Under the pieces are notes generated by a model, which searched no databases, was not told the origin of the DNA, and was given only the letters and a program-made list of their open reading frames with translations. Shown piece by piece: positions 44,888 to 52,639 of a DNA stretch of 54,614 nt. Each line of letters begins with the position of its first letter. Position 1 is the stretch's first letter. A program made the translations under genes and the position numbers. Origin of the DNA: an uncultured Clostridium sp. (GTDB lineage: Bacteria > Bacillota > Clostridia > TANB77 > CAG-508); assembly GCA_900556695.1 (NCBI GenBank), contig USQA01000001.1, forward strand, positions 1 to 54,614, given 5' to 3'.

Positions 44888-46239
44888 AACAAAGAAATAT
44901 TACTTTAATAATTATAAGTATTTTAATAGGGTTGTTAGGTGGATTTGGATTTTATGAAACAAACAAGGATAAGACTGATGAAGAAATAGTAAATAATGCA
45001 ATTGAAGAAGTAAAAGACTATATTGACAATGCAAGTACAACAGAGATACCAAACTTGAATGAAACAGATGAGCAAAGCGTAGAAGTGCAAGAAACAGAAA
45101 GCGAAGGGTTTGAAGAGCAAGGACAAGTTGCTTATGAAGGCTCAGAAAAAACTCCAAATGTCAATGTTGGAGATTATGCAGGATTAACATATTATAGTCA
45201 AATTGATAGTAGATGGTCTAATAAGATGTATTCAAGTGTAGGAGATAGGTTACAAACAATAGGAACAAGTGGATGTGGACCAACTTCAAGTGCTATGGTA
45301 GTAAGTTCTATAAAGGGAACAATAACACCTGATGTTATGGCGGGACTATATACACAATATGGATATAGAAGTGCAAATCAAGGAACTTACTGGTCAGCAT
45401 TTAGATGGACTGCAGATGTATTTAATATTGGTTATAGTGAATGTTATAGATTAGATGATGCAGTAGCAAAATTAAGAAATAATCATTACATAATAGCTTC
45501 ATGTAATCAGGGATTATTCACATATGGCGGACATTTTATAGTTCTAACAGGAGTAGAAGGTAATTATATAAAAGTATACGATCCTTATTTATATAATGGG
45601 AAATTTGATGTTTCTAGTCGTAGAGGTAAAGCAGAAGTAAGAGGTAATACCGTATATGTATCAATAGATAACTTTAGGGCATATGCTAATTATCAAAAAT
45701 TCTTCTGTTTTAAAAATGACAGAACAGATGTAAAAGAAAATACTACAAATGTAGTAATAAGTAATACAACATCTAGTGTATCAAATGTGAACTACAAAGT
45801 AAGAATCACATCACAAAGCGGATTAAATATGCGTAGTGGAGTAAGTGCTTCTTATAGTAGAATAGGAGGATACTCTAAAAATTCTACAGCTACTATTTTA
45901 GCAGAAAGCAACGGTTGGGGGAAAACTGATAGAGGTGGATGGATATGTTTAGCTTATACAAGTAGATATACAACAGTTGCAAAAAGTACAGCTCAAAAAT
46001 CAGAAAAATACAAAGTAAATGCTAGCATATTAAATGTTCGTACAGGCCCAGGTACAAAATATAAAATAAAAGGATATAAACAATTAACAGCAAATGCAAG
46101 ATATCAAAATAAGAAACTAGGAAATCAATATGTTAATGGATTAAAAAAAGGAGTTGTAACAACAGTTACTAAAATTCAAAATGGATTTGGCTTAACTCCA
46201 AGCGGATATATTTGTTTAGATTATTGTACCAATTTATAA
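44884..46239 (+). CDS. endolysin: N-terminal signal-anchor, C39-like cysteine peptidase domain, two SH3b-like repeats
   Basis: 451 aa. ITLIIISILIGLLGGFGF anchor. GTSGCGPTSSAMV nucleophile motif. Two repeats YKVRITSQSGLNMRSG... and YKVNASILNVRTGPG... Confidence 0.75.
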   Translation: MKQRNITLIIISILIGLLGGFGFYETNKDKTDEEIVNNAIEEVKDYIDNASTTEIPNLNETDEQSVEVQETESEGFEEQGQVAYEGSEKTPNVNVGDYAGLTYYSQIDSRWSNKMYSSVGDRLQTIGTSGCGPTSSAMVVSSIKGTITPDVMAGLYTQYGYRSANQGTYWSAFRWTADVFNIGYSECYRLDDAVAKLRNNHYIIASCNQGLFTYGGHFIVLTGVEGNYIKVYDPYLYNGKFDVSSRRGKAEVRGNTVYVSIDNFRAYANYQKFFCFKNDRTDVKENTTNVVISNTTSSVSNVNYKVRITSQSGLNMRSGVSASYSRIGGYSKNSTATILAESNGWGKTDRGGWICLAYTSRYTTVAKSTAQKSEKYKVNASILNVRTGPGTKYKIKGYKQLTANARYQNKKLGNQYVNGLKKGVVTTVTKIQNGFGLTPSGYICLDYCTNL

Positions 46240-46381
46240 AATTCTTTAAGGATAGAAAGGCAGCTATCGTGACCTAGCAATTAAAAAGTATAAGATTAGG
46301 TTCTGTAATAAGATGTAGGGGTGCCGACCTACTAAAGAATATATATATCAATTCATTAATTTGAATTTTGGCTTATAGCTT

Positions 46382-46419
46382 AGGTAGATTAGATTAATTT
46401 CTAGTCTACCTCTTTTTTT
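46382..46419 (+). terminator. strong intrinsic terminator of the late operon
   Basis: 11-bp stem AGGTAGATTAG / CTAGTCTACCT (one G-U pair) followed by CTTTTTTT. Confidence 0.75.
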
Positions 46420-46586
46420 GTGCCAAAATGCAGTAAAATCAAGGTATATAACTTGTTGTCTAAAAAATAAAAAAGGCTTAAAATGGATTCTAAACAGACA
46501 CTTTTCAGCTACTTTTCAGAAGAAAATCAAGTTTGCAAATTTATAAAATTTATGTTAAAATAAAATAGCAAAATCATTAGAAAATA

Positions 46587-46615
46587 TTGACAAAAACAAT
46601 TAAATGTAATATATA
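46587..46615 (+). promoter_or_regulatory. promoter of the 24-aa ORF
   Basis: TTGACA, 17-nt spacer, TATATA. Confidence 0.55.
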
Positions 46616-46646
46616 AATAATAGTAATATATTTAGGAGGGGTAAAT

Positions 46647-46721
46647 ATGTACGGAGATTGGATGAAAAATATAAATACTAATATTACTCGTGAAGATATA
46701 ATAAAGTATGATTTAAATTAG
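46647..46721 (+). CDS. 24-aa hydrophilic peptide with its own promoter, RBS and terminator
   Basis: TAGGAGGGG RBS then ATG 46647. MYGDWMKNINTNITREDIIKYDLN. Confidence 0.4.
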   Translation: MYGDWMKNINTNITREDIIKYDLN

Positions 46722-46770
46722 GAAAATAAAAAAAATGATTAAGGTTCGACTTTTTTATATATAAAAAAAT

Positions 46771-46806
46771 AAAATAACTATAATTTTTTATAGTTATTTT
46801 ATTTTT
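46771..46806. terminator. bidirectional terminator
   Basis: 12-bp stem AAAATAACTATA / TATAGTTATTTT between convergent genes. Confidence 0.65.
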
Positions 46807-47465
46807 GGCATTTTGGGATTTAATTTTTTTTTGAATTTCATTTCCTTTTTTTCATGTTTAATATATTTCTTTTTCCAAATATCAAGAACTTTTATTATAT
46901 TTGTAAAATATTTATCTTTTACATCCGTATTTATTAAGGATATTGATATATATAGCAAAGATATTGCTTTGAAAAATTGTTGATGAAGAGAATTGTAAAT
47001 ATATTTTTCATCTGCTACGTTAGTCGAGATGTACATGCTGATGTATTCAAGTTCATTTAATGTTTCCATAATCAACGTTGCTAATGAAATAGATTTGTCA
47101 TCAATAGTTACAGTTCCAGAAATAGTCTTATTATAAAAATCTATTTCCTCCTTTTTATATAATTCCTCAAGTTCATCTTTATCAAAATTTTCAAATTGTA
47201 TAAATTTCACTCTATTTAAGGCATTTTCTAGTTTAGTCTTTTCAAAAATATTGCAAATTATTGATAATTTAGGTATTAAGCTATTAGCAAATTGTTCGGC
47301 AATCTTTATAGATTTTTCAGCTCTTTCTTTATCCTTTCTATTTTTATAATCAATATAAAATAATAGAACAGAAATGAAAGTTATTGTAGCTAATATAACA
47401 TTTAACCAAAATTCTCTATCTGCTTGTTGCAAAGTGATTTTTTCAAAATATGTCAAAGTATCCAT
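46794..47465 (-). CDS. membrane-anchored helical protein (N-terminal TM; DUF4760-like architecture), candidate exclusion/abortive-infection moron
   Basis: GGAGGA RBS 7 nt before ATG 47465. WLNVILATITFISVLLFYI TM helix followed by about 180 aa of helical cytoplasmic domain. Reverse strand next to attR. Confidence 0.55.
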   Translation of the reverse strand: MDTLTYFEKITLQQADREFWLNVILATITFISVLLFYIDYKNRKDKERAEKSIKIAEQFANSLIPKLSIICNIFEKTKLENALNRVKFIQFENFDKDELEELYKKEEIDFYNKTISGTVTIDDKSISLATLIMETLNELEYISMYISTNVADEKYIYNSLHQQFFKAISLLYISISLINTDVKDKYFTNIIKVLDIWKKKYIKHEKKEMKFKKKLNPKMPKIK

Positions 47466-47611
47466 TTCAACATCCTCCATTTTCTAACTAAAAGTATTAT
47501 ATATAGTTAGACAAATAAAGTCAATAAAAATATGGAATTTTATTCCAATCGACAAATTCCAACACAACAATTCAACATAAAATGTTATAATATCATAAAG
47601 GAGATGATTTT

Positions 47612-47791
47612 ATAGAAAAATATTATATAATATCATTACAAGTAATTAAGTATTTATGCATAACAAATGAAAAGCAATACAGAGAACTAGTAAAAACAGA
47701 TGACAAAATATTAACTATAGAGAGTTTAAAATACATATCACAAATAAGAGATTTTAACAAGATAATAAAAATAGCAGAGAAAGTCGTGTAG
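47612..47791 (+). CDS. possible 59-aa protein with a non-AUG (ATA) start, paralogous to the C-termini of ORFs 48053 and 48336
   Basis: TGTTATAAT extended -10 (47583-47591). AAAGGAG RBS 8 nt before ATA 47612. No in-frame ATG/GTG/TTG. Contains EKQYRELVKTDDKILTIESLKYISQIRDFNKII. A hairpin follows the stop. Confidence 0.3.
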   Translation: MEKYYIISLQVIKYLCITNEKQYRELVKTDDKILTIESLKYISQIRDFNKIIKIAEKVV

Positions 47792-48052
47792 ACTCTCTTA
47801 TTTTAATATGCTATAATAAAACACGAATAATCGAAAAATTTTCCAAAGCGTTACATCTATTTAAGAGTAGCGCTTTTAATTTTTTTCTTAATAAAATCAC
47901 ACAAAAAATAAAAAAATACCATAGTGGCCACTGACATTTTAAATATAAGATATAGTAAAATAATATCAAGAGCTCTTAAATATTACATAGATGATCTTTT
48001 TTATGAATAGTATAAAGTTGTAGTAATAGTTCATACTAAAATTGGTGATTAT

Positions 48053-48346
48053 ATGATAAACTATTATAATAAGAGTAAAAAAGAATTTAAAAAATATGTA
48101 AAGGAAAATCCGTATTGTACAAGGGAAGAATGGGATAATTATGCACATAAAAATAATTTATTTAGTGCATTTACTTTAGAATGTCACGAGATAACTAATG
48201 AGACACTAAAACAATTAGTTAGAAAAGGGGAGGATATTTTTGAATTTTTAAAGGGATTATTTATAATAATTCCGCCAAAAGAAATACAATATTTCAAGAA
48301 AATAATACAAATAAATAAAAAAGTAGGAGAAACAAATGATAAATAA
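48053..48346 (+). CDS. small protein with an EEW..YA...L....L motif (homing-endonuclease-associated-repeat-like)
   Basis: 97 aa with TREEWDNYAHKNNLFSAFTLECHEITNETLKQL. Confidence 0.5.
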   Translation: MINYYNKSKKEFKKYVKENPYCTREEWDNYAHKNNLFSAFTLECHEITNETLKQLVRKGEDIFEFLKGLFIIIPPKEIQYFKKIIQINKKVGETNDK

Positions 48347-48680
48347 TTTTGAAAGAATAAGAGAAAAGCTGCATGAATCTATTGAAAAAAACGGGATAAA
48401 CTCAGAGAAAACGAAAAGAATAAGTGAGAGATTTGATAAATTAGTTAATTCGTATTATATAAATGAAAGAAAATACAATACAAATTGCTTGATGTACATT
48501 AAATATACAGAATCAATTAAACATATGAAAAAAATAACAAAAGAATTTGCAAAATTTCCATCAATTGATGAATGGAATAAATACGCGAAAGAAGAATTAT
48601 TATTATGCTCAGAAAGCCTAAAATGCATAAGTGGTCTGAACTGGCACGATTTAAGAAACAGAATAATATCAGAGATTTAA
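48336..48680 (+). CDS. Spo0E-like aspartyl-phosphate phosphatase domain fused to the same EW..YA repeat motif
   Basis: N-terminus MINNFERIREKLHESIEKNGINSEKTKRISERFDKLVNSYY fits the Spo0E-family pattern (I..R..L......G.....T..IS...D.L...YY). C-terminus SIDEWNKYAKEELLLCSESLKCISGLNWHDL. Confidence 0.55.
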   Translation: MINNFERIREKLHESIEKNGINSEKTKRISERFDKLVNSYYINERKYNTNCLMYIKYTESIKHMKKITKEFAKFPSIDEWNKYAKEELLLCSESLKCISGLNWHDLRNRIISEI

Positions 48681-48756
48681 AAAAGTTTAAAAAAATTTTC
48701 AAAAAAAGTTTGTAGTATTTTCAGTACTTACAGACTTTTTTTGTCGAAAACGGGTT

Positions 48757-48785
48757 TTGACAAGCAAAAGACAAGCATATATAAT
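48757..48785 (+). promoter_or_regulatory. consensus promoter of ORF 48944 with a long structured leader
   Basis: TTGACA, 17-nt spacer, TATAAT. The leader contains a 9-bp hairpin (48793-48828) and a 21-nt perfect palindrome (48846-48866). Confidence 0.6.
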
Positions 48786-48943
48786 ATAAAAAAAGAGATA
48801 GCCAGACCGCAAATCGAAACTATCTCTTAATACAAAATACACTCAAGAATATATTAAATATATTCTAGTAATGTCTACTATTAGTATAACTTCTCGAGTG
48901 TAAAATGTCAAATATTTTTTATATGAAAGAAGGTATATGTTTT

Positions 48944-49234
48944 ATGAGAAAAGAAAACAATGAAAACATTAAAAAAGAGTTTACAAAGAGAATAGGTAGT
49001 AATATAATAGAAAAAGATTATAACCCCTCGAAGGTGAATTATAAAATAATTTACAAAAGAAGGGATGGATTGTATGTGAAAGGTGAAGTATTAAAAGTAG
49101 TAAAAAGAATAAGTAAAAAATATAATAAAAAAGAAAAATTAATATTTAAAATGATTGAAGAATGCAAAAGTCTAGGTTATGATATGCAGAAAACTGAAGA
49201 ATTAATAGAAGAATTTTACAAATCACAAAAATAA
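48944..49234 (+). CDS. Lys-rich hypothetical protein (96 aa)
   Basis: GAAGG RBS before ATG 48944. Last gene before attR. Confidence 0.45.
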   Translation: MRKENNENIKKEFTKRIGSNIIEKDYNPSKVNYKIIYKRRDGLYVKGEVLKVVKRISKKYNKKEKLIFKMIEECKSLGYDMQKTEELIEEFYKSQK

Positions 49235-49238
49235 TATG

Positions 49239-49260
49239 CTTGTTACCCTTTTGTTACCTA
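49239..49260 (+). repeat. tandem TTGTTACC repeats, right end (arm-type sites or alternative att core)
   Basis: CTTGTTACCCTTTTGTTACCTA matches 13123-13144 except for two positions. Confidence 0.6.
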
Positions 49261-49380
49261 CCTATTAAATTTTAATTGTTCTAGATAGTTTTTTAAAAGA
49301 GGTAAAAATATTAATAAATCAATGAATGCCAAGCTGAGGGTAAAAAAGTAGAAATGGGCATAAAAGTAAAACTGATTATA

Positions 49381-49414
49381 CCAATTATAATGGAAGTATA
49401 GAAAAGCATAGAAA
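49381..49414 (+). repeat. attR core candidate (displaced copy of the rnj 3' end)
   Basis: CCAATTATAATGGAAGTATAGAAAAGCATAGAAA would encode PIIMEV-stop like the end of rnj. Upstream sequence shows weaker similarity to the preceding rnj codons. Confidence 0.7.
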
Positions 49415-49621
49415 TATTCAAAAAATATTAAAAACAGTTGTTTTTAAATCTTTATAAATTTTATCTTCTAGCTTTTATTATTAGTTGCTATTATCACTCT
49501 AAAATAATTTTTTAAGTAATAGTGTATAGAAAGAGTAAGGTTGTTACTTGACAATGTTAACAAAATATTATAAGATTACAAAATAACATAAAAATGTTTT
49601 TCGTAGAAGGAGGTCTAAATT

Positions 49622-50080
49622 ATGAGTTTTAGAATTATGAGGTTATCTAGAGAACCAAAAGGTTTTAAAATTGTAGTAGAGCAAGGAATAACTTTTCCAG
49701 GAGGCTACATAGACCGGATAAACAGTAGTTATGGAATTATTACATCGAGCGTGAGTCTAAAAGAACCACTTAATGTAAATCTTTGTTATGAGTATTATGT
49801 TGAAGACCTAAAAGATGGTTATAAAGATGTAATAATTCATCCGATTCTTGAAAAGGATGCAATAGAAACAATTGAAGAAGGAATATTGTTGTTTATTGAT
49901 GTTAAAGGATTGGAAATAAGTTGGAAGAAAAAATTCCAAAAATTAGCCGGAAGATATCAGGATGAGGGAATAATTCTTTTGACAGAAGGTGATGAAATTA
50001 ATTTAAATGGAAATTATCAAATTACATTTTTTGTTGTAAGAAAAAATAAAAAACTGTATTTGATTAAGGCATATGAATAA
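49622..50080 (+). CDS. hypothetical protein (152 aa)
   Basis: AGGAGG RBS. Contains the only in-frame CGG (49715-49717) in the window that does not break the frame. Confidence 0.5.
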   Translation: MSFRIMRLSREPKGFKIVVEQGITFPGGYIDRINSSYGIITSSVSLKEPLNVNLCYEYYVEDLKDGYKDVIIHPILEKDAIETIEEGILLFIDVKGLEISWKKKFQKLAGRYQDEGIILLTEGDEINLNGNYQITFFVVRKNKKLYLIKAYE

Positions 50081-50090
50081 TTCATCAGAA

Positions 50091-50122
50091 AACAGCATTG
50101 TATAAAGACAATGTTGTTTTTT
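50091..50122 (+). terminator. intrinsic terminator
   Basis: AACAGCATTGT / ACAATGTTGTT stem followed by a T-run. Confidence 0.7.
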
Positions 50123-50150
50123 ATATATTAGGAAAAAGAAATTTAAGATA

Positions 50151-50179
50151 TTGAATAAAACTAGAAAGTATAGTATAAT
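50151..50179 (+). promoter_or_regulatory. promoter of gltX
   Basis: TTGAAT, 17-nt spacer, TATAAT. Short leader with no T-box-like structure. Confidence 0.6.
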
Positions 50180-50211
50180 GCTAAAAGTTAATAAATAAAG
50201 GAGTGATAATA

Positions 50212-51861
50212 ATGGACTATAAAGATTTAGCTGATTTGATATTTCCAGAAGCAAAAGATATATCATATTATGAGGAAAAATATCCAAGAAGAGAATTAAA
50301 AGAAAATGCTGTTGTAACAAGATATGCACCAAGTCCTACAGGAGTTATGCATATAGGAGGGTTATATCAAGCATTAATTGCAAAGAAAATAGCTAAACAA
50401 ACAGAAGGAGTATTTTTTGTAAGAATAGAAGATACAGACCAAAAAAGAGAAATTGAAAATGGAACAATGGAAATAATAAATTCTTTAAGTAATTTTGGTC
50501 TTGAGCCAAATGAAGGAATGATTTCTGAAACAGAAGAAAAAGGAATTTATGGTCCATATAAACAATCTAAAAGAAAAGATATTTATCAAGCATACGCAAA
50601 ATATTTAATAGAACAAGGAAAAGCATATCCATGTTTTTGTACACCAGAAGATGTAGAAGCAATAAGAGCAAAGCAAGAAGCAGCTAAAATTAGACCTGGA
50701 TATTATGGAGTATGGGCAAAATGCAGAAATAATACTGTTGAAGAAATGGCAGAAAAAATAAAAAATGGAGAAAAATATATTATTCGTTTTAAATCTCCTG
50801 GTAGAGAAGATAGAAAAATAAAACATAAAGATGTAATAAAAGGAAATGTAGAGTTTCCAGAAAATGATCAAGACATAGTAATAATTAAAGCAGATGGATT
50901 GCCAACATACCATTTTGCACATGCTATAGATGATCATTTAATGGGGACAACTCATGTAATTAGAGGAGATGAATGGTTATCATCTGTACCATTACATTTA
51001 CAATTATTTCATGAATTAGGTTTTAGACCTCCTAAATATGCACATATTGCACCAATTATGAAAAATGATAATGGAAATAAGAGAAAATTAAGTAAGAGAA
51101 AAGATCCAGAAGCTGCAGTTAGTTATTATGAACAAGAAGGAATTCCATCAGAAGCTGTAAATGAATATTTGTTAAATATAGCAAATTCTACTTTTGAAAA
51201 TTGGAGAAGAGCAAATAAAGACAAGTCAGTTGATGAATTTGAACTTAAATTGAACAAAATGAGTGTAAGTGGAGCTCTATTTGATATGGTAAAATTGTTA
51301 GATGTAGGTAAAACTGTTATATCTAAATTTACAGCAGAAGAAGTATATGAAAAAGCAATGACTTGGGCTAAAAAATATGATAATGAGTTAGAAGAAATGT
51401 TAAAAGATAAAAACTACGCATTAAAAATATTTGGTATCGAAAGAGGAAATCAAAAACCTAGAAAAGATATAGCAAAATGGTCTGATGTAAAAGAATCTAT
51501 TATATATATGTATGATAATAAATTTTTAGATGAAAATATAGAGTATCCTTATCAAACAATTAATGAAAAAGATGATATAAATGAAATATTAAAATTATAT
51601 ACTGAAAAGTATTATGATGAGAATGATGACAAACAAACATGGTTTAATAAAATAAAAGAATTATCAGGAAAAATGGGATTTGCAAAAGAAGTAAAAGAAT
51701 ATAAACAAAATCCAGATATGTATAAAGCTCATGTTGGAGATGTTAGTACAGTTTTAAGGGTTGCTTTAACTGGAAGAACTAATACTCCAGATATGTATGA
51801 AATTATGAATGTTTTAGGAAAAGAATCAATTCAAAAAAGATTTGAAAAAGCAATTAAATAA
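50212..51861 (+). CDS. gltX: glutamate--tRNA ligase
   Basis: AAGGAGTG RBS then ATG 50212. YAPSPTGVMHIGG (HIGH motif) and KLSKRK (KMSKS motif). Confidence 0.85.
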   Translation: MDYKDLADLIFPEAKDISYYEEKYPRRELKENAVVTRYAPSPTGVMHIGGLYQALIAKKIAKQTEGVFFVRIEDTDQKREIENGTMEIINSLSNFGLEPNEGMISETEEKGIYGPYKQSKRKDIYQAYAKYLIEQGKAYPCFCTPEDVEAIRAKQEAAKIRPGYYGVWAKCRNNTVEEMAEKIKNGEKYIIRFKSPGREDRKIKHKDVIKGNVEFPENDQDIVIIKADGLPTYHFAHAIDDHLMGTTHVIRGDEWLSSVPLHLQLFHELGFRPPKYAHIAPIMKNDNGNKRKLSKRKDPEAAVSYYEQEGIPSEAVNEYLLNIANSTFENWRRANKDKSVDEFELKLNKMSVSGALFDMVKLLDVGKTVISKFTAEEVYEKAMTWAKKYDNELEEMLKDKNYALKIFGIERGNQKPRKDIAKWSDVKESIIYMYDNKFLDENIEYPYQTINEKDDINEILKLYTEKYYDENDDKQTWFNKIKELSGKMGFAKEVKEYKQNPDMYKAHVGDVSTVLRVALTGRTNTPDMYEIMNVLGKESIQKRFEKAIK

Positions 51862-51888
51862 AACTTACAAAATTGAAGGAGATTACTT

Positions 51889-52077
51889 ATGGAATATGAT
51901 ATAGGAGATATTGTAAGAACTAAAAAACAACATCCATGTGGAAGTAAATTATGGGAGATTACAAGAATAGGTGTTGATTTCAAATTAAAATGTTTGGGAT
52001 GTGAACATACTGTTACAGTAGAAAGACCTAAAGCGATAAAAATGATTACAAAAATAGAGAAAAAGGCAACGAAATAA
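51889..52077 (+). CDS. DUF951-family small protein
   Basis: 62 aa. DIGDIVRTKKQHPCGS..WEITRIG.DFKLKCLGCEH is the DUF951 pattern. Confidence 0.7.
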   Translation: MEYDIGDIVRTKKQHPCGSKLWEITRIGVDFKLKCLGCEHTVTVERPKAIKMITKIEKKATK

Positions 52078-52153
52078 AATGTCACTAAATATATATTTTT
52101 GTCATAAAATATAATATAGTATCAGTAAAGGTACTATATTGGAGGTGACTTGT

Positions 52154-52411
52154 ATGGAGCCACAAGAACAAGTATGTTGTTATGATAATAGAAAATGTAA
52201 TAAAAAAAGAAATTGCTTAGCAATAGTTGCAGTTATTATATTAGTGTCTCTTGCAGTTGTAATTGGCATAATAATAGGAGCTTTAGCAAGTGAAGCAATA
52301 TTAGCAGCATTAGCATCAGTAATTGTGTTAGCAGTAGTTTTAGGTTTATTATTGATATTAACTATAATATTAATAGTATGTAAAAAGGAAAGAAAGCAAA
52401 AATGTTGCTAA
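52154..52411 (+). CDS. small membrane protein with Cys-rich termini
   Basis: GGAGGTG RBS then ATG 52154. Long hydrophobic core flanked by CCYDNRKC and KQKCC. Confidence 0.5.
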   Translation: MEPQEQVCCYDNRKCNKKRNCLAIVAVIILVSLAVVIGIIIGALASEAILAALASVIVLAVVLGLLLILTIILIVCKKERKQKCC

Positions 52412-52440
52412 TAGTTTATTAAAAAAATAAAGAGATAAAG

Positions 52441-52478
52441 GAACAATGAAATTTAAAATAGATTTCATTGTTCTTTTA
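52441..52478 (+). terminator. intrinsic terminator
   Basis: 12-bp stem GAACAATGAAAT / ATTTCATTGTTC followed by TTTT. Confidence 0.7.
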
Positions 52479-52639
52479 TATTTAGAAGTTAGGAAAATTT
52501 ATTATATGAATATTAATCAGTAAAACATAAAAAAGTGCTCAAGATAAAAATTAATAAAAACTATTGAATAATTTAGTAATTAAATCTATAATTAAATAGT
52601 ACAATTATTATAACAAATAGTTTAAATAGGAGTGATTAA

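Larger units (their letters stand above)
13058..49414. mobile_element. integrated temperate siphovirus-like prophage (about 36 kb)
   Basis: Bounded by imperfect direct repeats of the rnj 3' end. Contains integrase, a repressor/cro switch, replication, packaging, head, tail and lysis modules in canonical order. Confidence 0.9.

Noticed and set aside
46260-46340. Possible tRNA or tmRNA-like gene near the prophage end.
   Set aside because: No acceptor/T-arm pattern (no GTTCGAATC-like T-loop) and no cloverleaf. It is retained only as an unexplained structured element.
13156-49234. Looked for transposases, reverse transcriptase (retron or DGR), Cas genes, and large multi-gene defence systems (RM, CBASS, Thoeris, Gabija-like ATPases).
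   Set aside because: No ORF has the size or motifs of these families. Apart from the orphan methyltransferase, the accessory genes are all small.
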